Part shown: piece after piece, positions 26,499 to 40,399 of the stretch | Numbering within the stretch: position 1 is the stretch's first letter | Layout of the letters: every line of letters starts with the position of its first letter | Source: Saccostrea cucullata | Lineage: Eukaryota | Assembly (NCBI RefSeq): GCF_032062105.1 | Contig: NW_026937737.1 | Location: 1-64,000 of the forward strand | DNA length: 64,000 bases | Direction: 5' to 3' | Position numbers and translations under genes: made by a program | Notes under the pieces: model-generated | What the model was told of the DNA's origin: nothing | Seen by the model: the letters and a program-made list of their open reading frames with translations, nothing else | The model's database searches: none

Positions 26499-28221
26499 TT
26501 ATATTAATTTCAAACTTTTACTTTACATTTTATTATTCATTTTACTTTAATGGATGCCAATAGGTACACGAATTACTAATTAAACCTATGACCATACACG
26601 CTAATAATTTATTTTTGCAGAGTGGTGTAGAGAAATTTGAACAATCAAATTGAGATTTTTATTCAAATGGAATGTATTTTTCTGAAATACTGAGAAGGTT
26701 ACTGGGAGCCTATGAAATTATACCATCGTGTGCAGATATTACACAATGATTTTGAGGATTTTAACAGTCATTTTTAACAACCATAACACAAAGGTTAGAT
26801 AAGATATAATCAACTGCTTGCAGTTGAATATGGTTGAAACTATGTAACAATCAAGACGAAATGTAGAATTGCATTTTATCATGCATAACAGAGAATTATA
26901 GGAATTTCATAACATATAACCATATACGAGTACATAAATGTTTGTCGAAATTAAAAAGTCTAGTTTAATAATATCCAAAATAAAGATTTTGATAATTTTA
27001 CTTGAATTAATATTTACTAATTTATTTATGATTGTTTTCCGATTAAAAAAAAAACTTATGTTTACAATCTCGATTTTTTAGAAGGACACCTCAAAATTTG
27101 TCTTGAAAAAAAAATACTATTGTAGCTTACGTGATTTTGTAGGAAAAACACGAATTTTTCTTTTTTTTTCGTATCTTTTGTATTTCTGCCTCAGATATTT
27201 CGATTATATACATTCATGACAGTTATCTTAAAAAGTCGCCGACTTTTGAAATTTCAAAAACAATTGATCATCTGAATTGGTCAAGGAAATTATTTCAAAG
27301 TTTATTTTTTCAATGTCTAATACCTCCATAGTACAGTCAAGACAACAGTTTTTATAAGTGTCACCGCTTAAAACACTTAATGTTAAACTGCTTTATTTTT
27401 TAGCAAGACATTTTAGTTAAAATAGCTTAATGTTATTTTTAAAATCACATCGCTTTTCACATCGTATTTTTGTCATCACGTGACACTCTAAAGTCAGGTG
27501 GACTCCGATTTTAGGTCAAAAGAAGGAATGTCAAATATAACCAAAAGTTCCAAGGGGCAAGGCAAGCAAAAAATTTACCGTAAAATTTTTTTGGTTGTCC
27601 CTATGTATCTATACTTTCTCAAAAGTGATGCTCATCCAGTTACTTTACTGCTATATTTAAGTTAATCGGCCAAAACAGACAGCAGCATACGAAAAATTTG
27701 GGTTTTTTTTCCTAATTTCATCGAAAATAATAATGATAATTATCTAAAGGATAACACAGAAATGAGCATCGCTTTTCGAAAACTATACATTAGAATATAC
27801 CATATAAAATCTAAATCTATTGTTTAGATTGTCGCCTTTTCCTTGAACTATTGATTAGAAATTGAAATCGTGGTGCGGTCAATTTAATTTTAGTTTTCAA
27901 AGGTATCATTGACCCAGCATGGGCGATAACTCTATAGTACTTGATATAGTTTGTTTACCTCGTAAATTGTGAATAGATATGTATCCAGACTACAATGCTA
28001 TGGCCTCTTTTTTCATTTATCGAAACAGTATGCATAAAAAATCCTTGATATTACTTTCTTTTTTGAGTATTTGTTTTTTATACATTATATAAGTTATTTA
28101 TGCTTGATGTTTAAAATGAATAACACAAAAATGTAATTCACTCTAAATGAATATTCAGCCCTGATTTGTTTAGACATCTAAACTTTCTTGGTTTGGATTA
28201 TTTTTTGCTCTACTTCACTTG

Positions 28222-30329
28222 GTGCCCAGGTGGAAGAAACCTGAAAAGGGAAGGGACAATGTTCAATAAATGTTAATTTATTAATCCTCTTCAAGTTAAT
28301 GTTTATATAACGCGGATATGTTAAGGAAGTATATAAGTAATTTTTTTGGAAATTTAGACTTTTGAAAGAAAAATAAGTTTGATAATATACCAAAACTGCT
28401 GATGAACGTAAACCATTATTATTTATTGCTTTAAGATTGAAATAGTGTTTAACGAAACGACGTGCACCACCAACACGGCATCACGTGACTTTTATCAATA
28501 GCGATATTTTCCTTAATATAGAAGCTAGCAGAACAAAATACCCCGGAGTTTAATTATTTCTTTGAGTAAATGATGTACATGTAGTTGAAAAACATCTATT
28601 TTGCGTTAAAAGTGCTGCTAGAATCTCACTGTCCCGTCAGTAGAATAGTTAGACCATACATTCACACAAACATTTAACCAATGATTTGAATTTTTTTACA
28701 TATGAACCGAGATTTTTCGTAAAACCATGCTTACATGTAAGTCGGGATTCTAGCAGTACTTTATGTATTTAATATTTTAGGAGGCAAACTTTCCATCTGT
28801 TCAAATCTTATGTTTTTAAATATACAGCTTATTGTTGTTGCATTATTTTTGTCGCGGAGGAAAGGCCGACCGTGATACGAATTAAGCTGACTGTCTTCGA
28901 AAGAGAATAAATCGATGAAAATAAATATGCATACCTATTTAATTAATTGAACTCCATGTCAATTTTACAAAATAATCATTATATTTGTTTTTATACTCAA
29001 TTTTACGTACATGTATCTTTGTACATGCCGTCTTAGCCAAATTCTCTTTACATGACATGATTAATTATTAATTTACTTAATGTTCACATATGACGTTATC
29101 GGTGGTAGATTTTAATCAAAATGACAGAATACAACATACAAAAATAAAAACATTTCATTTTTGTTAATGTTTACACGTTTTTATTCATTCTCTAGAGTTA
29201 AATTAGGTCTCTAAATACCAATATTGCGAAAACTGAATTGGCGTCATCTCGCCTTCTTTGACGTCTCTATGTAGCTCTGATTAAGTCAAAGTACATGTAA
29301 AATATTTTGTATGCTTCCTTATCCCCCCGCGATATATCAAATCAGAAATAAAAGCAAACCAAAAACACACACACACACACACCAACACACATCAAAGGAA
29401 AAATGAATAGAGTACATTTAGTTCAAACAATATAATTGGTCTGAACAAAGTATTGTTGAAATGATATAACCAATAATCTAAATATTTAGAGGCATTGCTA
29501 TTGAACTATCATGATACTTTTGCAAAACCTGGAAATAATACCATAAAAAATAAAATAGAAAGGATATTATGACTTTTTTTTCATTTTTCCTGACATTGTA
29601 GGAGCCTGAATATTAAATGAACAAAATATTAACTATAGTGCACATATAAACAATTATAGTAAAAGGTGAAATCTACTTCCAAATAAATAAAAAAATCCAA
29701 AAGATAGATTTTGAAGCAATGGCTGTTTGGATTATGTCGAATATTCGACTGGGTTCTCATCCGGAACAAAGTACAGGTATAATTAATGAAGTATATTTTG
29801 CTGTATTCTTATCTGGTACAAGGTACAGGTAGGTGGAACCAAGCTCTTAGATCAGAGACCTACATGTATCTTCAGGTTAAACTTATCTTTTGAATCCCCG
29901 TAAATGTAGGGAGTTGCCGAGTTCAGTCTGGAACTATTACCTGGTACAAGCTACATGTACAGGTAGGTTTGGGAAATTTCCTTATAAGATCGGGGAAAAA
30001 ATTTCAATGTAAAATAAGTCATCACCTATGTATGACAGATAGGATTAAGACGCAGTATTCTTATCTCGTACATGTACAAGGTAAAGGTAGGTGAGAGAAA
30101 GCTTTAAGATCAGGGAAGTAACTTCAGGTTTAAATTATCTTTTGAATCTCTATTAAAGGTAAGGAGTTGCCGAGTTCAGTCTGGAACTATAAGGAACATG
30201 AATAAATAAGGATTTTTCGAAGATATGTCCCTTTCTCTAGTAATCATTTGTAAATATCTCTTCCTATACAGGAGAAAATAGGATATCGATGCTGCTATGA
30301 TTACATGTCAAACTAAACAGAATGTCAAA
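28222..30329 (+). pseudogene. Dead copy of small Cys-rich gene (exons 28222-28249 and 30272-30329)
   Basis: Homologous to 61572-61599 and 61940-62004; acceptor AG>TG, TGC>TGA, donor GT>GA; GYRCCYDY retained. Confidence 0.65.
29800..30190. repeat. Local tandem duplication (~250-bp period, internal subrepeats)
   Basis: TATTCTTATCT...GGAGTTGCCGAGTTCAGTCTGGAACTAT occurs twice. Confidence 0.85.
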
Positions 30330-33300
30330 GCAAGTGTTATTTCAAAGATTTTAAATCATGACTCTAGGGTATCATTCCCCCAGGTATACTCAACAATAAT
30401 TAAGACTGATCAATTTATAAGTTTGCTACATTTACCTGCATAAAATATACTTAAATCCTCTCCTGTATTTTTTCTCTCTCGATATATCTGCTTTGTCCCA
30501 GTCAGTATCATTATGTTGTCCGTTTTTTGCGCAATTTTACTGGAGTGAAAATATTTTTACTGGAGCAAAATATCTAATTGGGAATAGCGATGACCAGTGT
30601 TTTATTTTTACTGCAGTAAAAATTATTTTAGTGGAGTAAAAATATATAATTGTGAGTAGAACGGCCAATACCAACCATGGGCGTCTTCTATTTATATTTT
30701 GGAAGTAAGAAATATAACAGTTACTGTAATCACAGGACGAAAGACAACTACCTATAAGCAGGTGCTTATTGGTGACTTAATAGAAGTTTAAGTATGGTTA
30801 AAGTATTTGATTCCTTTAAGCAACAATTTAGCTGCAGCTTTTACATATTTATTTTTTCATTTTATAAACATCCCCTAAACAAAATTGAAAACTGTCTAAT
30901 CCGACACCTAAATAATGCGACACACATTGCATTCTGACGCTGAATTTCTTTCCCATTTTACTATTTTCAACGTTTTAATATATACTGTGCAATCCGATTA
31001 AACATTATGTTCGACAAGAATTATACACATTGCAAAGGTAAAATTTACAGATTAACAATGTACAGATATCGACCAGTAAAAAACGACCTTTATAAGGTGT
31101 ACCCATTAGTCTCTGTCAACTTACAGGAAACTAAGTACACAACGTTTAGTGGCAGTAATTGATGGTCAATTTTTTTTACCAAGCTTTATCTTAACTTAAG
31201 CATGTAAGATTTTAAAAGTTTTGTTTCTAATCAAAAGGACAATTATTTTAATACTCAATTTTAACTGACGAAAATATTCTAAAAAACGTTTGTTAACGGA
31301 TCTGTTAAGTTAGGACACAATAAAAAGGCAAAAATTTTCCTCAAATAAATTTTATGAAACTTTAATATCTTGTTCTAGGATACAATATATCTATTTCTAT
31401 ATGATATGAAAGAAAATAAGCTACATATCTTTTGTCCAAATGGTCTGAAATATAGACTATCAGTCCTCGTGAGAGGATTGTGAAATTAGATATTATACTA
31501 GAGAATTAGCCTTATTTTAGAATTATCAATGTGTAACAAATTAAGAGTTAACTCTGGCTTTGATATCCTACTGGATAATGTTATCCAAATTGGCGTATAC
31601 TGCGAAATAATAATTGAAGCCCGTCAAGCGAAAACCACCCTAATGTGCATCATAACGTTGTCGAGAAAACGAGCGCTAAAGTTGACGTCTTAAATGTTTG
31701 CCGCATTTTGCAAATAAATGAAGTGTGAAGACGCATAATTATAATCAATTATAATGTTTCTTCATACAGAACATGTTAATGCCTATACTAAACAACGTAA
31801 TGAGTAGTCGTAAGTGTGATTATTAAAGCCCACTGTGTAGTACATGTATGAAAAGAAATTAATGATTAACAGCAAACTAAATGTGAAAAGCCTTTGAAGA
31901 AGCAAATTCCACGTTCTTTGCCTTCATTTTCATTTTCGAGGAGAATTTTCTCTTCACTTCTAAAACACAAATATGGGGAGAAATCGCATATTATCTTGAG
32001 ACTAGGGCAGCAACAAAAAGAACATAGATATACTCCTATTCATCACTATTTTTTGTCACCATTTATTAACATTTCTATATTTATGATAAAAAGGCTAGGG
32101 AACCTATAGCTAGCTAATCAAAGTATAAAGCCAAGGCGTTGGATTTCATACGAAGGTGTGTAAGTTTATTGCAAACTAAACAGCATTACATGTATGTACC
32201 AATAATCAAAATCAAGCTTGAAGAAACGGGGAGACGGATCACAGAAATATAATTTTTCAATATTTTGAATTAGGAACAGAGACCTCTGTACAATTTGGCC
32301 GGTTTTTAATATATGAAAAGGTTCGTTTTGTTTTGCATTCTTAATTCCTTATCAAGACCTCCCCCCCCCCCCAAAAAAAAAAAAATAAATAAAAAACGAA
32401 CTGCTTCCTATGTGCCTAAAATAATCTACATGTATGTTTATATGTCAACATGTACAAATACCGCTAATGAAGGGAAGTAACCTGCATTATAATAATTTAT
32501 TTTTACATGTACCTTGTAACAGGAAGCGTTCAGTATTCACCATTTCCTCCAAAGATTTTTCGATTTTTCGGTACACATGTTTATCTCGTTGGCATGATTA
32601 TCGATATTTAGAGGGGAAAGTAGAAACTGTTGATAAAATATCTGCTAAAAAAGAGCTAAAATACAAGTTCATTTTTGTTTATTTTAAATCTGTTGAAATA
32701 ATAATGCTACATTATGAATCCTTCGATCAGTTAATCAAAGACGAATGAAGCCTTCATGTTTTAGGAAAAGATGAAATTTTTTCAAATGAAATCATTTAAT
32801 GTCTAATTTTTGTTGTCTCCTAGTACTGTAATGTTTTAGATAAATATAAGGGACTTATACTTTGATTAGGTTATAGAAATACATGTATAATTAATGAAAC
32901 TGATTCAAATAAAACTTGAAACTGATGAAATATTTAGCATGTGGCTAATAAGTACACGTAATTGTAGCTATTTACAAACAATCAAACCACAACTGTACTG
33001 TGACGCAGCATCCTTTTTTTAAAAGGAAGGCAGCCAGAGAAAAAAAAAGAGAATTAACTGAAATTGGTTGACGTGCAAAACAAATGGCGAAACTCGACAA
33101 TCGTATTTCGTGGGGGGGGGGGGGGGGGTTACTCAACAGATTTACGACAGGTGCATTATGCACTGGACTATTCTGATGGGCTTTCGATTGCGCTTCACTC
33201 ACATATACATGTATGACAAATTGACTTACATTGTTTTTGGAGTACATACTTGGCCATGTATGGTATATAAAGTACTTAGTACATGTACATATAATGCTCT

Positions 33301-33775
33301 CTCTCTCCTCGATCTTTCTTTCTTTTTCTCTCTCAAAAGGAACTATGTCAATGATTTTTGCATGAATTCACTCATGCATTTGTTTCTCTCGATCCGCATC
33401 TATCAAGAATTAATGTGTCGGGATCAAATTTTTCGGTCATTGTTTCCGAAGGTGGATTTCAGGGAAACTTATTAGAATCTATAGGCGACATTAGGTCTTG
33501 TATAAAAGTGTTCATGTGACAATGCTTCATATTTCATTTCTTCTAATTTTAATATAAAAAAAAATGAATGTCTCGCCAGGCACACGAAATGCGTTCTTAA
33601 AAGAGAAAGTTGCTCCTCCCTCTGCTCCTCTCACGAAACAAATAAAACATCTTGTGGTCTCATGTTTCTTTTTAAGGGGATTGTGGTGTAATAAAAACCT
33701 AATTTTTCTTATGAAATGCTAAACGTATCGTTAAAAAAAGGAACAATAACATTAAAAATAAATAAAAATCACTTA

Positions 33776-36060
33776 GGTCACACCACTTCAATATCTTGGT
33801 CGCCGGACCCGCGCGCACGTAATTTATAACTTTCAAAAAAATAATATTAAAAAAAATTCCCGCATCCGGATTATTTTGTTCCGTTTTCCGCATCATTTTC
33901 GACTCCTACTTTTAATTTTTTTTTTTTACATTCCAATTCACAGTTGCGTTTTAAATCAGGGCTTTCAAAAACGCACGTGTCTATTCCTGAATTACACCGA
34001 TCGTATCACAATTATTTCGCGCCAGATTGTCAATATTCTAGTAACTTAAGTAAGGAGCATAGAAATATCAAGACTACTTGTGCTCGAGGAAAAAATTAGT
34101 GATCAGGAAGGAGGAGTTATTATGAAAAACACTGTTACAGATTTTACAGGGGGAACGTTCTTCGAACTGTTTGAAAAATGAGTTTACTGTTTATTCCAAA
34201 GATACTGATTCGATCGTTGAAATACGTTTACGTGAAAACCAACAAGCCCAATTCATTCTTGCATACAGTGCTGATATCGATGTTTTAGAAATATTTTCTA
34301 CACTTTAATGTTAGTTTGTGCAATTAATCATAACTCAAAAACTTACATTAAGGTTTCATCAAAGGTCAACATGTCTAAAAATTTATTTTACCATAGCCCC
34401 AAAACTATGTGAGGTATATAGTTAAAAGTTTTACAGTTTATAAATTTTTCCTTGACTAATAGATAGTAAGTATCATTTGATGTAAAAAAAATACTTGGAC
34501 AAAATATTAATTGAGAAAAATTCTTCATAAAAATGCATATATTTTCAAAAAATACACCTAATTAATTCTGTGCTCTTAGTGAAAACCATCATTGCAGAAA
34601 CAAAATATGTTTATCAATGAAGGGCAAGTTGGACTTGGATAGCCTCTGGAAAGTTGTTTTCCCTGTTTAATTTGTCCAAATGTTAAGACTTGAAAGTGAA
34701 AGTACATTGCAAATGGCAGATTCTACAGGGGCCTTGTCTTCATACATGTCATGCTTTCAATAAAAGCCTTTCAGAGACCGTTCACGTCCAACTTGCCCTT
34801 CAGTGATAAACATATATTATTTCTTCAATGATGGTTTTCACAAAAAGCATAGAATTAAGCAGGTGCATTTTTCTTTAAATATGCACATTTTCTGAAACAA
34901 TTTTTCTCAAAATTTTTTTTTTAAGATTTTTGTCATCAAGTGATACTTTCTATCTATTAATCAATGATATATTTATAAACTGTAACTGTTTTGGCTTTAT
35001 ACCACACATAGTTTTGGAGCTATTGTAAAAATATTTTTTTAGACATGTTGATCTTTGACAAAACCTTAACTTTGAATCTTTGTTTAAAGCATCTTTAATA
35101 TGTATATAAAATAATGCATGAAACTGCTAAGTCTAGCATACAGAAGTGTTTGTAACAAGCCTAATGAAATAGATATTATAAATTAAGAAGCAGTGATATT
35201 ATGTCAAATGAAATTTCAATTTTGTACTTTTTAACTATTGTCCTGAAAGGGCATAACTTTGTAAAAAACTTATTTGAATCTGACTTTTCATAAAACATTT
35301 AATAGGTGTATGGTCAAGACACAGATGATAGACAAACAGGGAAGTGTTTAAGACCCAGAAAGTTCAGGTGTGTCTACATTCTACAGTGAAAAAAAGGTAA
35401 GTAGAAAGGATGTCTTATTACCTGTTTATGGTTTGAATTGCAGTTTCAGATACTTACAAGCTTAAATTTATTTTAGATTGATATATTGTGAGACTGCTTT
35501 TTCATAATGAAAAGTTGTTGTAGGAGAAGCAATTAATTCGTTTAAAAGAGGATCATTAGTATACCTGGTACCAGAGGACACAGAGGATCTAGGAATAGTA
35601 GTAAAGGAGGCCACAACTACACAGTTATTTTTCAACTACCTTAAAGCACTACCTTCCACCTGTGTGTCCATTGCTGAAGTACTGAAAATCTTCTGGATGA
35701 TACAGACCCTTATATTTCTGCTCTTTATGAACAATATTCCATTATTCGAGCTTCATTTCAATTTTGTGAAAATATTCACGGAGACCTTAGAACTTGGGGG
35801 GGGGATATTCTGCCCAAGAGGTGTAAAAGATAAAATGTTGTGAATTGGACATTTACATGATGTATGGTTCCTAATTGAATTACTATAAATTGAAATAAAC
35901 AAGTTTAAAAAAAAAATATTATCGCTCGCTTCTTTTCATTTTACACCGCTCCTACGTTTTTAAATTTCAGATTTTTAATTTTAAAATTTTCAAATCGCTC
36001 GCTCGCCCCAATTTTTTTCTGTCAAAAATCCGAAGACCAAGAAATTAAATTGGTGTGGCC
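33776..36060. mobile_element. DNA transposon with TTA TSD (PIF/Harbinger-like), internally deleted
   Basis: TIR GGTCACACCACTTCAATATCTTGGTC / GACCAAGAAATTAAATTGGTGTGGCC; TTA on both sides; superfamily uncertain. Confidence 0.7.
34352..35065. mobile_element. Near-fully palindromic foldback MITE with TTAA TSD
   Basis: Arms of ~300 bp are imperfectly reverse-complementary; TTAA at 34348 and 35066. Confidence 0.85.
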
Positions 36061-37474
36061 TTATTAAATGTCATTTGTTCTCCTAAGTAATTTTTCTTGT
36101 GCTGTTCTTTCTATACAACACAACCATTTAAATGTGAGAACAAAATAAATGACTTTATTCGATATGACGATATATTCGTCATGACAAAGAATTTGTTGTT
36201 GTTTTTTTTACTTGAAAAATATCACTCTAATATTTAGTCTTTGAACAACGACAAGTTATACATCTTTTGAAAGAGGAGAACATTGTCTATCAAGATCACG
36301 AAACAGCTCGAAATGTCAAAATATTGACTTAAGGGTGGTTTTTGCTTGACGGACATCGGTATATATTTTCGTGGGGTAATTTTTTTTAGGTCTGAGGAAA
36401 AATTATTAGTTTGCGGGGATTTGCTTCCGTGGTTGGAGAATGATTTGTAAGTAATACATGCATATGAAATTTTACATTTCGTTGTTGTCATAATTCCTTG
36501 GGTCTCTTAATACCTCGAAAACAACGAAAATTAAATTCCACGGATATAAGTGATTTCACAGTACCTTACGTCGAGTTCGGTTTTAAATATAATATGATGA
36601 TTTTTTTTAAAGTTCTTTATATCATTACATGAAGTAAATATTACCTGAAATAACAGGAAATATTACGTGTTTTCCTCTCTTTTACTGATTTAAGTTTGGT
36701 CGCCTCATTAGATAATCACGTAAAAAATGCAAGATAAACATCTATCTTTTTCTTTAAAAATATCTGAAACTGTAATCACTCGTTTTCATCTTTATGCAAT
36801 TTCCTCAAAATTACTTTGTGTAATTTATTGTCAAGCACGTATAACATGTATTAGTAATACAGGGAGTTGCGTTTCTATTTGTCACTTTAATTGGTCTGAA
36901 GTTTACTGTTCATATTGCATGAAATTATCGAAAATATCGAATGAAATTGTCTGCTCAAAGATAGGTTTGCCACTACATGTAGCTCTTTATGCAACATGTC
37001 TACATATATTGTCTAATGCGATTTTAGTTTAAAAGCAAACAATTGTTGGAAATATATATTCATGCGATTTTCCACAAGGTTTTTTTCCTTAGATTTAATT
37101 AGCATAAAGTGTTTATGATGGTGGTATCTTCGTTAGGGAGGGGAACATGGGTGTTGTCGCAAACTGTGTAAAAAACCGGAAACAGATTATTTATACATCC
37201 TGTCTAAAATCATTTATTACATGATTCTGTACATTTTGTTTTCAATTTACAAACACTGATGTTGTCCAGTTTTGGTTAGACATGCGGCTTTTATTTGTTT
37301 GGATTATTTTTTGCTCTACTTTACTTGGTAACCAGGGGGATGAAAACTGCAAAGAGTTTGGAGTAATGTATATTTATCGGTCTTCTTCATATCAATATGT
37401 CATATGAATATTAAATCACATATAACTGCGTACCAAATAAACACCTACACATTTCAGAGGACAGCTAAATTAGG

Positions 37475-37934
37475 TGTAGCCAGTGGTAAAACATCAGAAA
37501 TAACAATCTGGTTCAGATTCAATATTATATTTATTAATGTTGAAATAAGACGTCAAAAACCTGAAATATTACAATTACAGACAAGATATAATAGACGACA
37601 CATAGACAGACATTTAGACAGATAATTAAAACATAATAGACTTTACTTTATAATAGATTTCTTACCGGGACACACACAGGAATCATAAATATTACTATCT
37701 GTATATATAATATTGTAGAGTACACATCTAACCAATTCAACGGCTAGGCTCAGAGTGCCCGATGTTAGTGCGTGAAAGCGGGAATTCAGTGAATAGGATA
37801 AAGTCATGTGACTGTCCGTCTAGTGTCTAAAAATAACAACTACCTCATTCACACAACCTTTCATACCACATTCTCACATATACGCAGCGCAAGTATAATA
37901 CGGCATTAAATAATAATAAATAACCCTGGTTACA
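37475..37934 (-). repeat. 3' LTR
   Basis: TGTAGCC...GGTTACA; about 9 substitutions and one 6-bp indel relative to 51151-51616 (counted by eye). Confidence 0.95.
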
Positions 37935-37949
37935 TACTCCCCCTCTTCG
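37935..37949 (-). promoter_or_regulatory. Polypurine tract
   Basis: CGAAGAGGGGGAGTA immediately before the 3' LTR. Confidence 0.85.
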
Positions 37950-38605
37950 TTGAAATAGCTCCTGACATTTCCAAAGAAGTATGTACAATTATAGTAACCA
38001 TGAAATATAAATAAAAACCAATTTACCTGATACAACTCACCACAATGAAATCAAGTAATTAAATTAAAACCTCATCAATGACCAAGTTTCAAACTTCAAA
38101 CATCAACAAGACACATAATACACAAATGTACCAATCAATGTAGGAATACCTGACCAATGAATTCCTCCATATGACACATAAGTCATGAAACTATTTACAC
38201 GTTTTTACACCCAAATACACCTCAATATACCTAATTAAAGTTTTACAACTTTTACGAGCTAATCCCATCAACACAAGACACAAACTTATGTCAAAGTTAT
38301 TATATACAACAAGTTTAAGGATTGGGGGAATTATGAATATGGCCATTATTAGAATATTTTTTTTTTAAAGTTTTTATTCTAATTTATTAAAATCCCGGGT
38401 AAACTGCATCATAAAAAAATTTCGGCATAAAAGCAGTTTTCAGCATAAAAATCGGTTCTCGGCATAAAGCAATATCATAAAAAAACCGTTTACATTATCC
38501 ATTCCCCATACCGATCTGGGAATTTTTTCATTCTGGTCGACCGTCTCGGCAAAATCGGTAAAGGCGACTGTGATTGGTCTGAAATAAACTGACTATGTGG
38601 ACCGC

Positions 38606-39980
38606 TCACAGAAGCTCTGGTACTACTGCTGTCTGACACCTGGTGAAAGTTGACTGTCTGGGAGAACTCAAACTCTGAAATGAAGGACTTGAATTCTGAA
38701 ATGAAGAAGAAATATTTTGATTAGTATCATATGATACACTAGAGATTTTAGATCCTGATAAACTATGTTGTTCTGATAATTCTTTGCTGAATTCATCTCT
38801 ATTTCTAGGTATCCTTGAATTCACTTCGATTGTGACTTCATTGTCCGAACTGTCAGAATCGGACTCTGGAAGTTCATCAGAATTCCTAGGCTTCTTGTTC
38901 CTCCTTGTCACAGGTGTCCTATGAACAACAGGTTCATCAATGTCACATGCTGGTATCTGGTTAAATGGTAGCAGCATATTTCTGTGCAGTGTCTTTGTGG
39001 CTCGTCCAGAAGTATTCTTCACTCTGAAAACAGGGATCTCGGGATTTGGAATTTCTGTGATGACATAAACTTCTGAATCCCATTTGTCCGTTAGTTTATT
39101 CTTTCCCTTTAATCCTACTTTCCGCACAAGGACTCTGTCTCCAATCTCCAGCTTACAGAACCTTACTCTCTGGTCATTCTTGTTCTTGTCAGATATTCTC
39201 CTAGCTTCTTGAGAGGCATGTCTATATGCTGACACCATCCTGTCCTTAAGTTTCTCAACATAGCCATGATGATCTCCTCTCTCATGTTCTAAGTCCATAC
39301 CAAAGAATATGTCTATGGGAAGCTTAGGATGCCAACCGAACATCAGGTAGTGTGGAATGTATCCCGTTGCATCATTTCTGGTCGCATTGTAGGCTTGAAC
39401 GAGTGGAGCAACATGGGATTTCCAGTCAGACTTCCGCTTGTCGTTGAGTGTTGAGAGCATCTTGATGAGTGTTTGGTTGAATCGCTCAGCTGAGCCATTT
39501 CCCATCGGGTGGTACGGTGTAGTCCTTGTTTTCTTTATTCCTAGGAGTTTGCAGAGTTCTTGGATTACTTTCGACTCAAAGTTACGTCCCTGGTCGCTGT
39601 GTAATTTCTCAGGAAAGCTGTAATGTAGAAAGAAGTTATCAAATAAAGCTTTAGCTGTAGTATGAGCAGTTTGATTTTTACATGGAATGGCTTGAGCGAA
39701 TCTAGTAAAGTGATCCGTTATGACTAAAATACTCTCGAAGCCTCCTTTGGATTGTTCTAAACTCAGAAAATCTATGCAAACTAACTCCATGGGTCTTGTC
39801 GTCACAATCGGTATAAGTTCTGCTGCAGGTCTCACAGGTGTTTTACTACATATGCATCTATTACAGGTCTCTACCTTCCTAGTAATGTCGTTCTCCATGC
39901 CTGGCCAATAAAATCTCTGTCTGGCTAACCAAAGGGTCTTATCTTTTCCTGGATGTCCGACATCATCATGTATTCCCTGT
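38606..39980 (-). pseudogene. Gypsy integrase (HHCC zinc finger + rve core)
   Basis: GIHDDVGHPG...FYWPGM...CNRC; LVCIDF; LHSDQGRNFES; TTPYHPMGNGSAERFNQTL; separated from RT/RH by a stop and frameshifts. Confidence 0.93.
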
Positions 39981-40399
39981 AATGCGACTGATCGAAAACT
40001 CTATGGTACAACTAACTGATAAGATCTCTTACCATCCTGGAAAGCGGTTTTACAAAGAACTCTATCTACCACTTGCAGCTTCTTCAAGACTCTCATATAT
40101 CTTTGAACATCTGGAGATTCTTTCCGTATATTTCCTCCCCTGGGTCGGAAATCGCTTTTCAGGATGTGAAGAACTCTGTTGATGGCTTGATCCCTGGATT
40201 GTTCTTCTATCCAGTCATGACTGCTGAGTGTGTCGCTGGGGAAAATCTCCTCATCGGCCGCTTGAGGGGCATCTTCCTCGGAAACACTCTGGCAACATGG
40301 TATCTGTACTGAAGCAGCATTACAAAGAGCCTTAACTGTGTCCTTAAAACCACTGATTTCCTGGATAGACCATCAGCATCTGTATTTAAGTTTCCTGTA

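Noticed and set aside
28395-28500. Possible hammerhead ribozyme (CTGATGA...GAAA)
   Set aside because: Stems I and III and the NUH cleavage site could not be formed convincingly
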